DNA of 64,000 nucleotides from Octopus vulgaris (GCA_951406725.2 OX597819.1:49600001-49664000), one strand, 5' to 3'; counted from the first letter of the stretch, positions 36,021 through 50,482 are shown. Program-made: numbers and translations. The notes: generated by a model not told the origin, from the sequence alone.

Positions 36021-38107
36021 TGGACAGATACACAATATTAATTGATGGTGAATACATAATTGTAACCTAGCAACAGCCCATGTGTAACACATTGCAGAGA
36101 TATCCCTGTTATCTGGCACAGAGCACTTTCACACAATACAAATAAATTGGAGTACTACAGATCCTACACAGCAAACTTATGGAGTGGAGACTTTTGGCAA
36201 ATAATTGAGAATTAGCCATGAAGCAATTAAAGTAAAAGTCAAGTTACAAAAGAAGAGGAGGAAGAAAAAAAGAATGTTTTCCTTTGATCATTATCTTGAA
36301 CTTGTTTGCAGAAATGGATTGACAGCGATTTTATTAAAGATATCCTTCAGATAATTCCAGAATATATGAAATACATTAATATGAAGAACCTTGTTGAAGC
36401 AAAAGCTACTTAGAAATGTTGATAAGCTGTAAGAATTACTTTGTGGAATCTAACAACTAACAGCTCTGTAAACCAATTTCTTACAGATTTTCAAGATTTG
36501 CACCAAAGAACGGTATTTGGTTAAAAGCATTCCATGAATATTGTTGGACAATTGTTAGACTAACCACTTGGTGACAAAAGTGCCTCTTTCATAGGCACTA
36601 GATTCTTCAATCCCTTTTTCCTGTTGGCAGTGGTCCAAAAACAGTTGAAGTAAACTGGCTGAAGAGGCAGTGACAGGCAACAACTGTAAATAGGATCCTG
36701 TCCACTACCATAATAGGCAGCTGAAAAGAGCCACTTATGCAAAATACTAGCAGAGCTGGTCAATCAAGCAGACTAGTGGTTTATACCATTCAAGCAATGG
36801 TTGGAGAGCCCTCAACAAGTTGCAGCCTGAGTGCCACCACTGCTTCAGGCTTAACAAGCCTTTTTGTGTTCAAGATGATGAGAGAGAGAGAGAGAAGATA
36901 GGGGAGAGAGTGAAAGAAAGATAGTAAGAAAGTATAACAAGCAGTCTTGTATATACTACACGGTTAATAAATCTTCTGCAGTTTGCCGGTGGCAATATCT
37001 CTGCATACATATTTGTCAAGAGTGAGAAAACAAGGAGATTCAAGTGAAAAGAATGGAGAGTAGGTAGGTGTTGAGAAGGGGGGGAGGGAAGAAGAAGCAA
37101 TAACTAACAGAAATTCTGATATTTATTTTCATCTTTGAGAGTGCATATAAGTGAGTATTCATACAATTAACAACATTAAACTATCAGAGGAATGTATCAA
37201 TAATTCATATGTAACAATTAATAAGGTGTGCGTGTGTGTAGGCAGGTATACACACATATACTATGCCAGCATGGAAAGTGGACATGAAATGACAGACAGA
37301 CACACATTTTGCATGGGAAAAAAAAATTGTAAGCTAGTTTAATTGAACTGTGGCAATACAAGTTCATACAGGCAAAGTGAAACAAAATGGAATATACTTC
37401 TTTGTTGTACAAACATTTTTGCCTTACTTTCTTGAGTAGTGAAAAGATCTTTAATAACCCTTTACTATCGTAATAAGAAATCAAGATTCAAGAGAAATTT
37501 AATAAAATATATAGCTTGTTTTTGTTATTGTATAACGGGTTAACATTTGGTACAAATACTTTAAGAATTTATATAAAGTTATAGAAAATATTCTATATAT
37601 TTATTTAGTTTATTTTTTACTGAATGTTCCTAATACAAAATTACGACTGAATTCTTTATCCTTGAAGTAGAAAGAAAATATCTGCCCAGCTATAAGATTT
37701 CCTTGAATGCTAGCAGAAAATTATTTCCTAAACAACAACAAGAGCAAAGATATCAGAATCAATTTTCTTATAAGTCACTTTCCAGCAAATCTTGAAATAA
37801 AATTTTAAATAAAACAGACACAGGAAAAAGAAGAAAAACTAGGAGGTTAGGTGGAGGGTTAATTCCAATAGTTTAGGAAATGAGTGATTATAGGACACTG
37901 TGGCTAGTCTAAATGGAATGCTAATTAAATGAGCTAAGCGGTATCATTACTGGCAGTAGTAATAATAGTGGCGGTGGTACAAGTAGTTAGTAATCACTAA
38001 ACTGAAGGAAAGTATTATAGTGGACTAAAACACTTGAAGAAATAAGAGCTTGCTGTGAAGAAGCCAAGAAGTGCACATTGTTGAGGAGGGTGGGATGGGG
38101 AACGGCT

Positions 38108-38507
38108 GGCATGGCTGTGTAGTAAGAAGTTTGCTTCCCAACCACATGGTTCTGGGTTCAGTCCTACTGCATTGCACCTTGGGCAAGTGTCTTCTATAGC
38201 CTTGGGCTGATCAAAGTCTTGTGAGTAGATTCAATAGGCAGAAACTGAAAGAAGCCTGTCACATGCATATAAATAAAATAATGTGTGTGTTTCCTTGTGT
38301 CTGTGTTTGTCCTCTACCACTGCTTGACAACTGGTGTTGGTGTGTGTCTCTCCATAACTTAAGAGTTAGGCAAAAGTGACAGATAGAATAAGTACCAGGC
38401 TTAAAATAAAACAAAAAATACTGGAGTCATTCGACTAAAAATTCTTCAAGGCGGTGCCCCAGCGGGGCTGTAGTCTCATGACAAACAAGTAGATGGTAAA
38501 AGATAAA
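38108..38507 (+). mobile_element. Near full-length SINE family A
   Basis: ggcatggctgtgtagtaagaagtttgcttcccaaccacatggttctgggttcagtcc...caccttgggcaagtgtcttctatagcc...gatagaataagtaccagg...aaggcggtgccccagc. Confidence 0.9.
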
Positions 38508-38754
38508 TGATATGTTTGCATTGTGAGAGAATGTGTTTGAGCGAAAGTGAGAGTAAATGACTGCTATTTCAGTGTCATCATCATCGTTTTTGATGTCCAC
38601 TTTTCCATGCTAGCATAGGTCAAATGGAATTTTTCTATAACCAGATACCTTTCTTCTGGTCAACTTGCCCACCACTAAACATGTTGATAACAGTGACACT
38701 CTTTTACAACTATCACATAATGTCAAGATTAGAATGCACACACACACATATATA

Positions 38755-38901
38755 GACGACAGGCTTCTTATAGTTTCCACCAACCAAATCCACTCACTAA
38801 GCTTTGGTTAACCTGAGGATGTATCATGGTACCAAGCAGTGGGACTGAACCCAAAAGCATGTGATTGGTGAGTGAAGTTTTTAACCACACACCCATGTCT
38901 G
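38755..38901 (-). mobile_element. SINE family A 5' half
   Basis: acgacaggcttctt...aaatccactcac...cagtgggactgaaccc...accacacacccatg. Confidence 0.8.
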
Positions 38902-39329
38902 TTTGCAAATAATTAATATGAAGTTAGTCTGTCATGAGCCTACAGGCAAATTTAAGCTGGAGCTTAACTTCGCCTCCACAGTGTACAAGCAACTGAAAGT
39001 ACAAGATTTCTCCTGAAATGAGATGCCAGTCCTTCACAGAGTTTAACCCCAGCTGAAGCTGGCACTTGTTTTCAGCGGAATGGATTGAAAGCATCATGTA
39101 ATGAAGTGCTTTGCTCAAGGAAATTCAACTTATGACCTTACAATTTGAGACAACATTGTTCCTAGCTCCTAGGCCACTAGAAAGAGGTAGACAACATGCT
39201 GCCCTAAGGATTAAATTTCATACATAAGGTTAATTTATAGAGAAATATATTCTTCCCCATCCCCCACCCCTGTTGCCTTCCCTCTCCTTGATACCTTTTT
39301 CTTTTCAGCCGTATTTATTGACATTGTTC

Positions 39330-39665
39330 TTATATATTTTTGGTCATTAGATTGCAAGCACTGCTTTGAAGAATTTTTAGTTGAATGAATCAACCCCAGA
39401 ACTTACCTGGTACTAATTCTATTGGTCTCTTTTGTACTGCTAAGTTACAGGAATGTAAACACACCAACACCAGTTGTCAAGCGATTGTAGTGGGGAGACA
39501 AGCACACACAATAATGGGCTTCTTTCAGTTTCTGTCTACCAAATTTACTTACAAGGCTTTGATTGGTCCAATGCTATTGTAGAAAACTCAGCCAAGGTGC
39601 CATACAATGGGATTGAACTCGGAACTATGTGGTTGAGAAGCAAGCTTCTTACCACACAGCCTATG
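39330..39665 (-). mobile_element. SINE family A
   Basis: ggcttctttcagtttctgtctaccaaat...ccaaggtgcca...gaactatgtggttgagaagcaagcttcttaccacacagcc. Confidence 0.85.
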
Positions 39666-42088
39666 TTCTTTTTATATTATAAATCATTAGAACAAAATGT
39701 TGTTCTTTACTATGTAATTATTTGATAAATTTGGCAAACACAGTTGAAAGAAATAAAGAGATAACATGGAAAGAGAAGAAACAAAAACCGAACCTCAATT
39801 TAGATGACTTGATAGAGTAAAAAAGGAGGAGGAGGAGGAATAAAAATCATATCCATTAACTACACAAGAATTTCACTACAATTTTGTTTTAAAATTTGAA
39901 CAATTGTATCATAAAATATTTGAGGAAGTGGCTAGGAAGTGAGAGAGTAAGAAGAGGTTGTAATATAAAGACAGAGAAGCAGTCCAAAAGAGTGAGATCT
40001 AGGGAGAGAAAACAGATGTGGGAAGAAAGAAAGGAAGGAATGAGACAAGAAGAGATCACCAGCCAGATAATGGAATAAAAATAAATGAACTATGCTCATC
40101 ATTAACATATTGAGTGTGTAATGTAGATGGTGTACAATAAATATGACATCAGTTCAAGATCTCCAATAAGTAACTACCAATTTCAAAAGCAACCCAACTG
40201 AAAAAAAAAAAGAAGAGAAAAAAAACCCACCACCACCAACACAGATCCTTCTCTTCATGTCAGAGCTGAGCAATTTATAATCAAAAGGCCACATTGCTCT
40301 ATAAACCAATCTAACATTTCAATTAACTGTGTCAATAAAGTAATAAAATTAAACTTCAGTACTATTTATATATATTTAAAAACATCTTAGACATTACAAA
40401 TGTTGACCATAGCTTAAAAATATCTTGAACAAACACACTAAACAAACGCACACACACAGATTAATAGCTGCCATTTTATATAAACAATATTAAATGGCCA
40501 TATTCTTTGGAATTAATTCTCACCCATATATATATCAAATTAAAAAGAAAAAAAAATCATGCTATGTTGTACATTCCTCCATCACACTGCTCATGCTGAT
40601 TTTCTATTCAATAACCAATATGTGGCTGGCTATTACTGTCTCGTCTATTATTTTCTTCTATTAGCCTTTCCTTCCTATCACTTTCCTCTGTCATAATTTC
40701 ACTTCGATCAATCTCTCGTAGCAGTTCTCTTTACTTCACTCTTTTAGTCATCCTCTCAAACACAGTGCCTTGAACTGAGACAACATAGAGGAAGCCCAGT
40801 CTTCTTAGGAGCAAGACAACCAATCTAGCAGTACTGCAATAAAATGCACCCCACATCCAGTACACTGTAAAAACCCATACCAAAAACAAAATGTATGAAC
40901 AAGGTATGATCTTAGACCCATCTAGGAGAGGCAAAAACTCCAAACAAGAACTAACAAATACAAATCATGCCAACATATAAGGCAAATGTAAAATGATGGT
41001 GGAATTATCAAAGTTTAGATATTAGATTCCATCTTGAAGCTAGTGTTTGGTACTGCAAATAAAATATATGTATACTTAATTTGCATGAGTTATGAACCCT
41101 CCCATGACAATGGTCTGCGTGACTACCTGGAAAATGTAGTTTAGCCCTAAATTAGTGCTGACCTAGCAGAATCCCTGATCAAAGTTACTCCAAGAAAGAG
41201 CATCCAGTCTTTTTTCTTGAGGCATAGTTTATCTAGGACTACAGTGTGTCATTTTTTTTTTTATAAAATGACCGGAAATGGAGGCTTGCTGTGCTGGTAT
41301 TTGTCAGTCTGAGAATTTCTGATTTAAGAAAATCATATTTAGTTCAGCCCTATTTCATTCTATGCTCAAGCCTCACCAGTGTCCCACCATACTCGGGAAT
41401 GTGTATAGAAAAATTTGTGGTTTTAATACTTCTTCCTTAAATATTAGTAGCCTTGTGCCACTAACATGAGAAATACCTTAGTCACTTTCTTCTCTTACTG
41501 AGCAATGGGATGTCAAGATATATCCTGAGTCATCTTCATCAAACCACCTCCAGTTTTTACATATATCATTCTATGCTTTTACTCCAGCCTAACTGCCTTC
41601 TTATACATTGTTTGCTAGTGTGTTTTTAATCTTTTGTTACAAATGAGACTAGAAGCCTTTAATTCCCAAAAGTGTATAATTAAAATACCAATAAAAATAC
41701 AGATGCCACAATGTTAATGGAAGGTAAAGTAGTGAGAATTCATTGTGAAGAAAAGGCAAAAAGAAATAACAAGCAAGCAATCTTTTCTGTTTAGTAGAAA
41801 CTACCACATTATTAAAATTAATAACAGTTTACCTTCTTTTGTAAAAGATGGAAGGTTGAGGATGGCAACTTTAAAAAAGGGGGACAATATCTTGTGTTTC
41901 TTAAAGTGAATGAGTCACAATATTTCCTTTTTCTCTTTTTTTTTTTTCTTTTAAGAAAATGGAAGGAGGACGATAATTAAGGGGGAAACAAAAGCAAAAA
42001 AGATTAAATGCTGATAAAAAGATTAAAAAAATATAAACAATATTTAGCAGGAAACAAAATGCTAAAAAGAAAAGCCAAAAATATTTAC

Positions 42089-42133
42089 CTGTTTATGCAT
42101 TTCAACATTCAAACCATATGACATTTCATAGTA
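42089..42133 (-). CDS. gro: Groucho/TLE exon, Q domain (YYEMSYGLNVEMHKQ), 45 nt, phase 0-0
   Basis: Reverse complement reads tttgcag|TAC TAT GAA ATG TCA TAT GGT TTG AAT GTT GAA ATG CAT AAA CAG|gtaaat. The peptide is the near-invariant Groucho/TLE Q-domain motif. Confidence 0.97.
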
Positions 42134-45100
42134 CTGCAAAACAGAAAAAAATTTATGATTTATTATCAACTAATACTACTACAATATATAAAATTACAAG
42201 CGATTTAATGATAATTGCCAAAATAATAGAACAAAGTGTAAATTAAGTCTTTTCCTAGCCGACTAGAAATAATCAATTTTAAAACAAGAAATAGACTTTT
42301 TAGCCCATAATGCAAATATTTTTTATTTATTTATCTATTGCATGTGAAAATATAAATATAAAAAGGGATTCTAAGGAACCAAAAAACAACCTTTGAGCAG
42401 TAAGATATCTTTTGCTGGTTGTAGCTAGCAGGCTGTAACCAGGACAGATCCAACTTAGGAAGAAGTGAATTTGACAATGTGATGGATGGGGTGAAGTGGG
42501 GTCGGGAGAGAATGTTTTTCACATGACCTTATGACCCTTGGGAAAGGCATGTATGACAAAACCTCCAGTATCCTTTCGGACTCCTAAAGTTAACAGGGCT
42601 ACCAACCATTGATGAACAACTGATTACAATAAGTCAACCAACTGTCTATTTAGAGAGAAGGAGAGAGCGTGTGAGTGTGTGTGTGCGCACACAGAATGTG
42701 GCATAGATTGTTGGGAGCAGGTCTAGTTTATATTGTTAGATTTTCAAGTTCTGAGATTAAATTCTTTGATAGGAGAGACTGGAGAGAAGCTCTTAGGCTC
42801 TTATTCCACTATGTTAGGAGGAGTACATTACCAAATATCAGTAATATAGTTAGATAAGAAAAATAACAAAACATGGCCTCATCCTAAAATTGTGAGCATG
42901 AATGTGAATCTACTATGGTAGACAGAGTAAAAAGAAATAGTCTGGAAAAAAGGAAGAGCATGTATGCAAACACTTGTTTCTGACATGTAAAATCCATAGA
43001 TTAGTTTAAGTCGGGTGGTAACAAATTGACAGAGCTGTTAAAGCATTGGATAAAATGCCTAGTGGTATTCTTTGTCTATCTGCATCCTGAGCTTAAATCC
43101 CACTGAGGTTCAGCTGACATTGATCAAGTACTAGTTAAGGAGCTGGCATGAATTCTCTTTCTGTATCTTTTGGAACTGATTTTAAAAAAGGATCATTGGG
43201 GAATGCTAACAGCATCCTTTTTTTCTTTAATGGAGAAAGATAGCCTGATATGAAGTACAACACAATAGAAATTAAGACATAATAATGACTTTCTAATAGT
43301 TTTTTTTTTCTTTTTAATGACAGGAACCCCAAACCAATACACCCTCAAGAACATTCCACTAAACGTAAGCCATATACTAGACCAAGATCCACTTTGCTTA
43401 AGTACCAGTTCTTAAGAATTCTTTTTTCTTTTATTTCTCTAAGGACTATTTACTACTGCTGCTGCAGATTATTATTTTCAAAGCTAGTATCAGGTGTCTT
43501 GAACACAAGATATCAGTTTAATCAACCACTAAATGAAAGTTTTTTTTATTTCATTGCCAAATAATTCTGGGAAAGGTTCACAGAAAAAATTAAAAGTAAA
43601 TAAGATAAGAAACAAAATATTATAAGCACTAATTTTTTACTTGAACAGTTCAACTGACGACCACCACCACCACACAATAATACTTCTCATGCTCTAAGCA
43701 CTTATCAGACTATAATATAACCACAACCAATTGACTCACATGTTCAGTGGTTGCATAAAACCTTTGGTTAATTGTTACAATCATCAAGGGATTGTTGAGG
43801 CTTACTCATTCTGTTTCTCTCTCAAAGCAGGAACTCTTCAAATACAGGATGTAGAGAAATGCTGGTTGTAATGGTGACGAAAATACTAAGCAGATACATA
43901 ACAACCATATTTAGTGTGTGTATTCACTCTTCAAGTGTTACTGACCAGTTTACAATATAGGTCAAAGCTTTTCTTCTCTAAGAACAGTTAATTCAACAGT
44001 GGCTTAAGGGGTAGTGTGGACAGAAAATGTAATGAACAGTGATTTGTTAGTTACAATTCAAAAAGGGATATGGGGGGAAAATATTTTTAAAAAGGTGACA
44101 GGCCTATATTTTTGAAAAAACTCCGTATTTGGTATCCTATAAAGGCACTTATATAAAGAACAACCAAATTTTTGACTACTAAATCAACAAGGAGTGTCAT
44201 ACACATTTGCTACTTAAGTATCACAAGTGTGTGGTGTGGTGTGGTGTGAGTAAAAGCTATATAGACATGAAAAAGGATACTGCTGAAATTAGTTGAAACT
44301 TAACTCAAAAAAACATAGAAAAGCCAAAGTTATTGATGATTAATAATAATATTTCAGCTGTAATACAGATTGACATTTCATATATTGAAAATACTGTGAT
44401 AAGCATTAAAATGTCTCCCTTAGACAAGGTATTTTACAATGCAGTAAAAAAAAAAAAAAGTTACATAACTCACTTAACCACAGAATAATTGTAGATGAAC
44501 AAGAACATTGTTCTGATAATTTATTTATGTCTAAAATAGAAAAAAAAACAAAAAACAACACAAGACAGAACGGGTGAGGACTGGACCAAATTTTCCCAGT
44601 CCCAAATTTGAACCTAACACTGATTAGGGCTACACCAAAGTCCCACTAGAAATACTCTTCATAGCAATGAATTGAAGTAGCCGTTTGCAATGTTAGGTCC
44701 TGCTGTGATAACAATATTAACAAATCATGTTTTTAGATTGGTGAAGTAAGTTACCTTCTCCACTGCTCCCCACCACCACCAAACCAGTCCAACTTGAGAA
44801 CTCTTTATCTCATCTATCATTGTTTTATCTACCTACTTTGTCTGGTACTACATAATAAACAGTTTATCTATTCATTGTATGTGTGTACAAGGTAGATAAA
44901 AAAAAACAGTCAAAAGTTGATGTCAAAAAACTTATCTACATGTTACATTAGAAAAAAACTTTTAAACATTTAAAAATGTACCAAAAAACAACCGAGTCCA
45001 GTAAAATGCTTCGTTCTTTTTTTTTTCATTAATAAAACATTTGCAGTTCAACTGTGGGATTTTAATGTTACTGAAATATTCTCTTACACAGAAACCTGGT

Positions 45101-45269
45101 GCAGCTCTCCAGTTTAACAGTTCCAGTCAAACTGTCTAACCCATGCCAGTATGGAAAATAGACGTTAAATGATGACTTATGGCATGTTATTCTTGTGTAG
45201 AAATGTAGGTTTGTTCTAAGACTATTTGAAGTCCAAGCTAACCAAATAATAATAATAATGGTGTCTAAT

Positions 45270-45443
45270 TAAGACCAGCAATTTTGAGGGGAGGGGGTGA
45301 TATTAGATATATGTTATTTTATCAACCCCGAAAGTATAAAGGGCAAAACTGACCTTGGCAGAATTTGAACTCAAGACGTAATGCTGGATATGTTGCTACG
45401 CATTATGTCTGGCATGTCAGTGATTCTGCCAGTTCACTACCTT
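45270..45443 (-). mobile_element. Decayed SINE family C
   Basis: ttttatcaaccccgaaag...ggcaaaactgaccttggcagaatttgaactca...gattctgccagttcactacctt. Confidence 0.7.
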
Positions 45444-47544
45444 TGATGATGATGATGATATTAATAAATAATTTATTTCATTTCTGACAAATTACATAAA
45501 TCTAAAGAACTCACTTATTTCAGTAGATAATCCCTACCCAGATTCCTTATTCTGATACCATAAACCATAACAAAGCTTTTCTTCCTTTTCTGTATACTAA
45601 TTTTCAAAGGCTCCACTGTATTCAAGGCCCGGGTTCAAATTTTGTCATAGATTGCCAGTAACAATTTATTAAGTATGTGTTATGGGTCTACTTAATTTGA
45701 AAATACAAATAATTTGGCTTTTTTGATGATATGAATAATTAGTGTTATAAGTAAAAACGATTTTATCATAATCAAAAACACACAAACACACATCAAAATT
45801 GTTTAGGTTAACATAGTATTTAAAGTTACATTAAAATAGGAAAGTTATACAAAAGAAGTGTATGTATGTAAAAAAAAAAAAGTTTTATTTTCACAAGGTA
45901 TCAAATGTGAAAACTTGCAAAAGAGAGAGAGAAAAAAGGGAGGGGGGCGAGGTTTTATAATTATTAAAATACATTCTATGCATTTAGTTTTTGCGTGTGT
46001 GTGTGTGTCTAAAAATAATTATATTAAAGCACCAAACCGACCAACATTTAAGATTGGCAAGAACTATTTGCAGAGAGAAATATTTTAGCTAAATGAAAAC
46101 AAATAAAATATAACTAAACCTGTCTGAGGAAGACATCTATGTGTGTGTAAAATAAATACACACACCACCCATTTAGATATGGACACAAACGTAGTAACAT
46201 GTACACACTTAGACAGAGACAGACACACACGTATTTGCTCAAATATCTTAAGGAGGTTTTTTGTTGCTTTTGGGGGAGGTTTTCATTCCACTTTTGACTC
46301 ATCAATAAATGAATATTTGTATGTTTGTTTATTTTACTTCTAAAGGAATGACAAAAAAAAAAAACATTGGGGCAGAAGGAAAAGTTTACAAGAGGAAAAA
46401 AAAAGACCCAACAAAGATAAATTCCACAAAAAACAAAAAAAAAAGAACAAAAAGAGAACTTGAAGGAAAAAAAATAATTCTTAACAACTCAAATAACAGA
46501 AGTAAACTCAAAGAGATGACACAACTTATTACATTGAAATATCTATACACAGAGTTTATACAAATAGAACTACTAATAAAAATAATAAAAACGAACTTTG
46601 CCAAAATGCATACACTACTTTAAATTAAATTTGCTTCTAAAAAGATATAGTTTGATTAGATAAGTTATATAAACATTAGTTCAAGATCGCCATCAACATC
46701 CACCATCATGTTTTCCTTGACAGAAATACTAAAAGAGGAGAAGGAAGCAGGCTCCTGTAAGAATGAGGAATGGTTTTTTTTTTTTTTTTTTTGAACTCTT
46801 AAACCCCACCGTCACCACTTTCCTCTGCAATGCTTACTGCTAAGACACACAGACAGAGAAATAAGCACCAACATAAACTGCAAACAACCAGAAAATTCCA
46901 TGGAAGTTTTACATTTGTTTGTTTACTTTATCTTCTTTTTTTTTCTTTTTTAACTTTGCGTTTATATTTTGAATGGTTTCCTCTTCATTCACCACACTTT
47001 GATTTTTGTATGTATACACACACACACAGACATATGTGTGTGTGTGTATGTAATATATGTATGTGTGTGCATGTGTCTATTTACTTATGCATATACTTGT
47101 GCATGTACTTGCAAGTGTGTATGTGTGTGCTTGTGTACATATTTGCACATCCATGTGTGTGTGTGTGTTTGCATATGCATGTGTTTGCTTCTGCATTTAT
47201 ATTTGCATGTGTGCAGATGCAAACAAAAAAAGTTTCTGTGTGTGTATAGCTCTACATGTGCAAAGATGCGTTAACACAAGAATGAGAGAGAGAGAGAGTA
47301 CAAATGACTACAACACATTATAATGTGAGAAGTGACTACAACTCTTACTTCAGAACCCTTAAGTAATAAGTTGTATTCTGGTTGTTCGTCTGCTCTCTAT
47401 AATTGAAGTGGACACATTATATAAATGCATCAAAACTTTATGTTGCCATTTAAAATGAAATCATTGACCCATCATAATCATTGGCTTTGTGCCACATCTC
47501 TTGTACTGTCATATACCATTCACTCCAGAATTATAACATCCTTA

Positions 47545-47604
<60 letters not shown>

Positions 47605-47606
<2 letters not shown>

Positions 47607-48300
47607 CGTTTAACGTCCGCCTTCCATGCTAGCATGGGTTAGACGATTTGACTGAGGACTGCTAAACTAGATGACTGCGCCAGGCCCCAATCTGATCTGG
47701 TAGAGTTTGTACAGCTGGATGCCCTTCCTAATGCCAACCACTCCGAGAGTGTAGTGGGTGCTCATACGTGCCACCGGCACGAGGGCTATTCAGGTGCTAC
47801 TGGCAACGACCACACTCGAATGGTGTTTTTTACATGCCACCTGCGCAGGAGGCAGTCCAGCGGCACTGGCAACAACCTCGTTCAATTGTTTTTCAAGTGC
47901 CAGTAAGGCGACGCTGGTAACAATCACCATTTGAATGGTGCTTTTTACATGCCAGTGGAAACTGCTTGAAACTGCTTGTGATCACTTTGGGATGGAGCTT
48001 TAATGACCAGCTGGTAACATTAAGTAGAGGATATAACAATCTCCTGAACATGTTTCGGACTCACCCATCTTGATGCCATCACCATTGTTTTGACATCCGT
48101 TTTCCATGCTCGCATGAGATAGAATGGTTTGACAGGATTCAACTAGCATGAGGGCAATGTTGGTCTCCATTGTCTGTTTTGGCATGGTTTCCAAAGCCAA
48201 ATGACCAACCTAATGCCAACCTATTTACAAAGTGTAGGGTAATAGGTGCTTTTTTTCTTTTTCATGTTTGTAGCACCAGCACTGGTGGGGTCACCAAGTA
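47605..48300 (-). mobile_element. Two adjacent family D retroposon copies; the first is CpG-rich with internal ~60-nt subrepeats
   Basis: atcgtttaacgtccgccttccatgctagcatgggtt...acagctggatgcccttcctaatgccaaccac. Three ctggcaac...tggtg-tttttacatgcca-like units at ~47800-47955. Second terminus at ~48075. Confidence 0.75.
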
Positions 48301-49703
48301 TTATGCAGGACAAGCCCCATTCAGTGTGAGAGTGCTGGGTTTAGAAAGGCGAAAGTATGAAAGCAGGACAGGAACAGGTGGTTTTGCTATGGAGGAGGTA
48401 CATGGTAACTCAAGCAGGAAAGAGGAAAAGCGAATGGAGATGAGGTGCCTGGGTGTAGTCTCCATAAATATAGCAGTGAATGTGTGCAGATGTGAGAAAT
48501 ACTTAGAGATGAAATCTAACAATTCAGGACTTGGTTTCCACTTTTCTATTCATCAGGCAATGTTTGTGCAGACATTAAGGTGGGGGGAATAATCGTATAT
48601 ACAGATGTGTAGCTATTTAGTCTGTGTGTGTGTGGCAGTGGAAAGTATAATCAGTAGAGATTTTAGACAAAATATATTTTTGGTTATAGCCTTATGTTTT
48701 GAGTTCATATACTAGGAAGTTAACTTAGCCTTCGTGCTTCCAAGGATTGGTAAAGTAAGTACCAAGGTTCCAAATTATCAATTATACCCTCCATAAAGGT
48801 GGTACACCAGCATGGCCACAGTCCAATGACAAATCAGTAAAATTATGCACATAAAGCAAATCAGCTAGACCACTGTGAACCACTAACAATGGTTCAAATC
48901 TTAGTCTAGCTATGAATGTACTTTTCTCAACAACCTGTTAACAGGTTCCTATTCATACTTATATGTAAAGACACATGAACTAGGTAAAAACAATACTAGT
49001 AGAACGTAAATGGTGGTAGTATGATTTCGAAAATTTAGACAAACTAGTATGGGAAAATGAGTCAGAAACAAGTCAGTAACTCTTAAGTATCAGTAATATC
49101 CTGGAGTATAGAAGCAATTAAGTTAACCTAGCAATATAATGAGGAAAAAGGAAAACATTGGCCGTGCCAATCTATAGTAAAATGATTAAGGTCTGCAGCC
49201 TAACCAAATGTCAAACAAAGTCAACTATACACTTTATAAGCAATAACAGAAATATTACACATACTACTTTGATATGTAATATAAGGTTAATAACTACACA
49301 GAATGCTTTATTAATGTAATCAAATACAAAGAAAACTAACGATAACCCAACAATGTGTGTGTGTGCGCGTGCGCGAAATCATGACGTTCGATCCTACTTG
49401 AAGTAGTGATGCTGTTGTAAGATGTCATGTCGATATCCGATTGATAGCATATGGGGGGGAAAAGCCAGTCCTGCTGGTTATATTAAATGAGCTTCGTTCT
49501 TGTTGAGATGTTTGCTTATGTCGCTGCCTTATTTGATTTGGTTTGCTTATCTAGAATAGTGCAGATTCTTATTGTTTTTGTGCCCCTTGATTGAGTATGT
49601 AGTAATTGGAAAATCTAAGGTGATACTGTTTGGTAAATAGCTATCATCATATGAAACATTTTATTTGTTTATACACATACATACATACATACATACATAC
49701 ATA

Positions 49704-50482
49704 CAGGGTGCAATGGGTAAATTATTGCCATTTTATATTTTTAATTTTGTGCATGCAAATTGTTTGTTTTTGATTTTGTTGACTACACAATATAGTAGGG
49801 TCTGTTGGGTACCATATGTGAGAAAAACAGCACCATGATGCAATTGACTCTGCCAGAAATTTGGAAACGACATGCTGCACTGCTTGGCATTTGCACTGGA
49901 AACTCCAATACAAACATGTGTTTGGGTGTCTATCAGAGGGCATATACCAAGAGTGATAAAAATCAAACATTCAGTCAACATCATGGTGTGGTCACTAGTG
50001 ATGGCGATGTTATGGCTCCATCTTTCCACATGGCATTAGATACAACACAGAGGAAGCCTACATCAAGTGCCTGGAAGATGTAATGCTGTCCTGGGTCAAG
50101 AGGGGTGGCTACTGGAAAACCCCATGTCTGGCAACAGGACTGCACCATGCCACACATGCAGGTGAACCCAGTTGTGGCCGTCAGACAATTTCTGCAACCA
50201 CATCACCCCTAACATCTGGCCACTCAACTCCACAGACCGCAACCTCTTTGATTATTATGTGTGGGGCACAGTTGAGCGAGATACCAACAAAACTCCTTGT
50301 AACACACCAAAGATTATGGCAGTGTTCACCAACATAAAGAAACGGTCCAGAAGAGTTGCAGGAGATTCCGAAGTCGTCTGGAGGCTGTGGTTGAAGCCTA
50401 TGGTGATTTTATTGAATAAATTTACTCCTTTAGTATTCCAAAATATTTTTATGTAATGGAGACAATATATTCACTGCACTAT
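49704..50482 (+). mobile_element. Decayed, internally deleted Tc1/mariner transposon, DD37D (maT-like)
   Basis: TA|CAGGGTG left end and a degenerate right TIR near 50460-50482. Frameshifted transposase motifs GVVTSDGDVM, VWQQD-APCH and WPLNSTDRNLFDYYVWG. Restoring one 2-nt deletion gives 37 residues between the second and third catalytic Asp. Confidence 0.85.

Noticed and set aside
49373-49645. CpG-richer segment with faint minus-strand similarity to a Penelope/GIY-YIG peptide (LHT-IKGH...SKHLNKN)
   Set aside because: Needs frameshifts and the match is too weak to call without a search.
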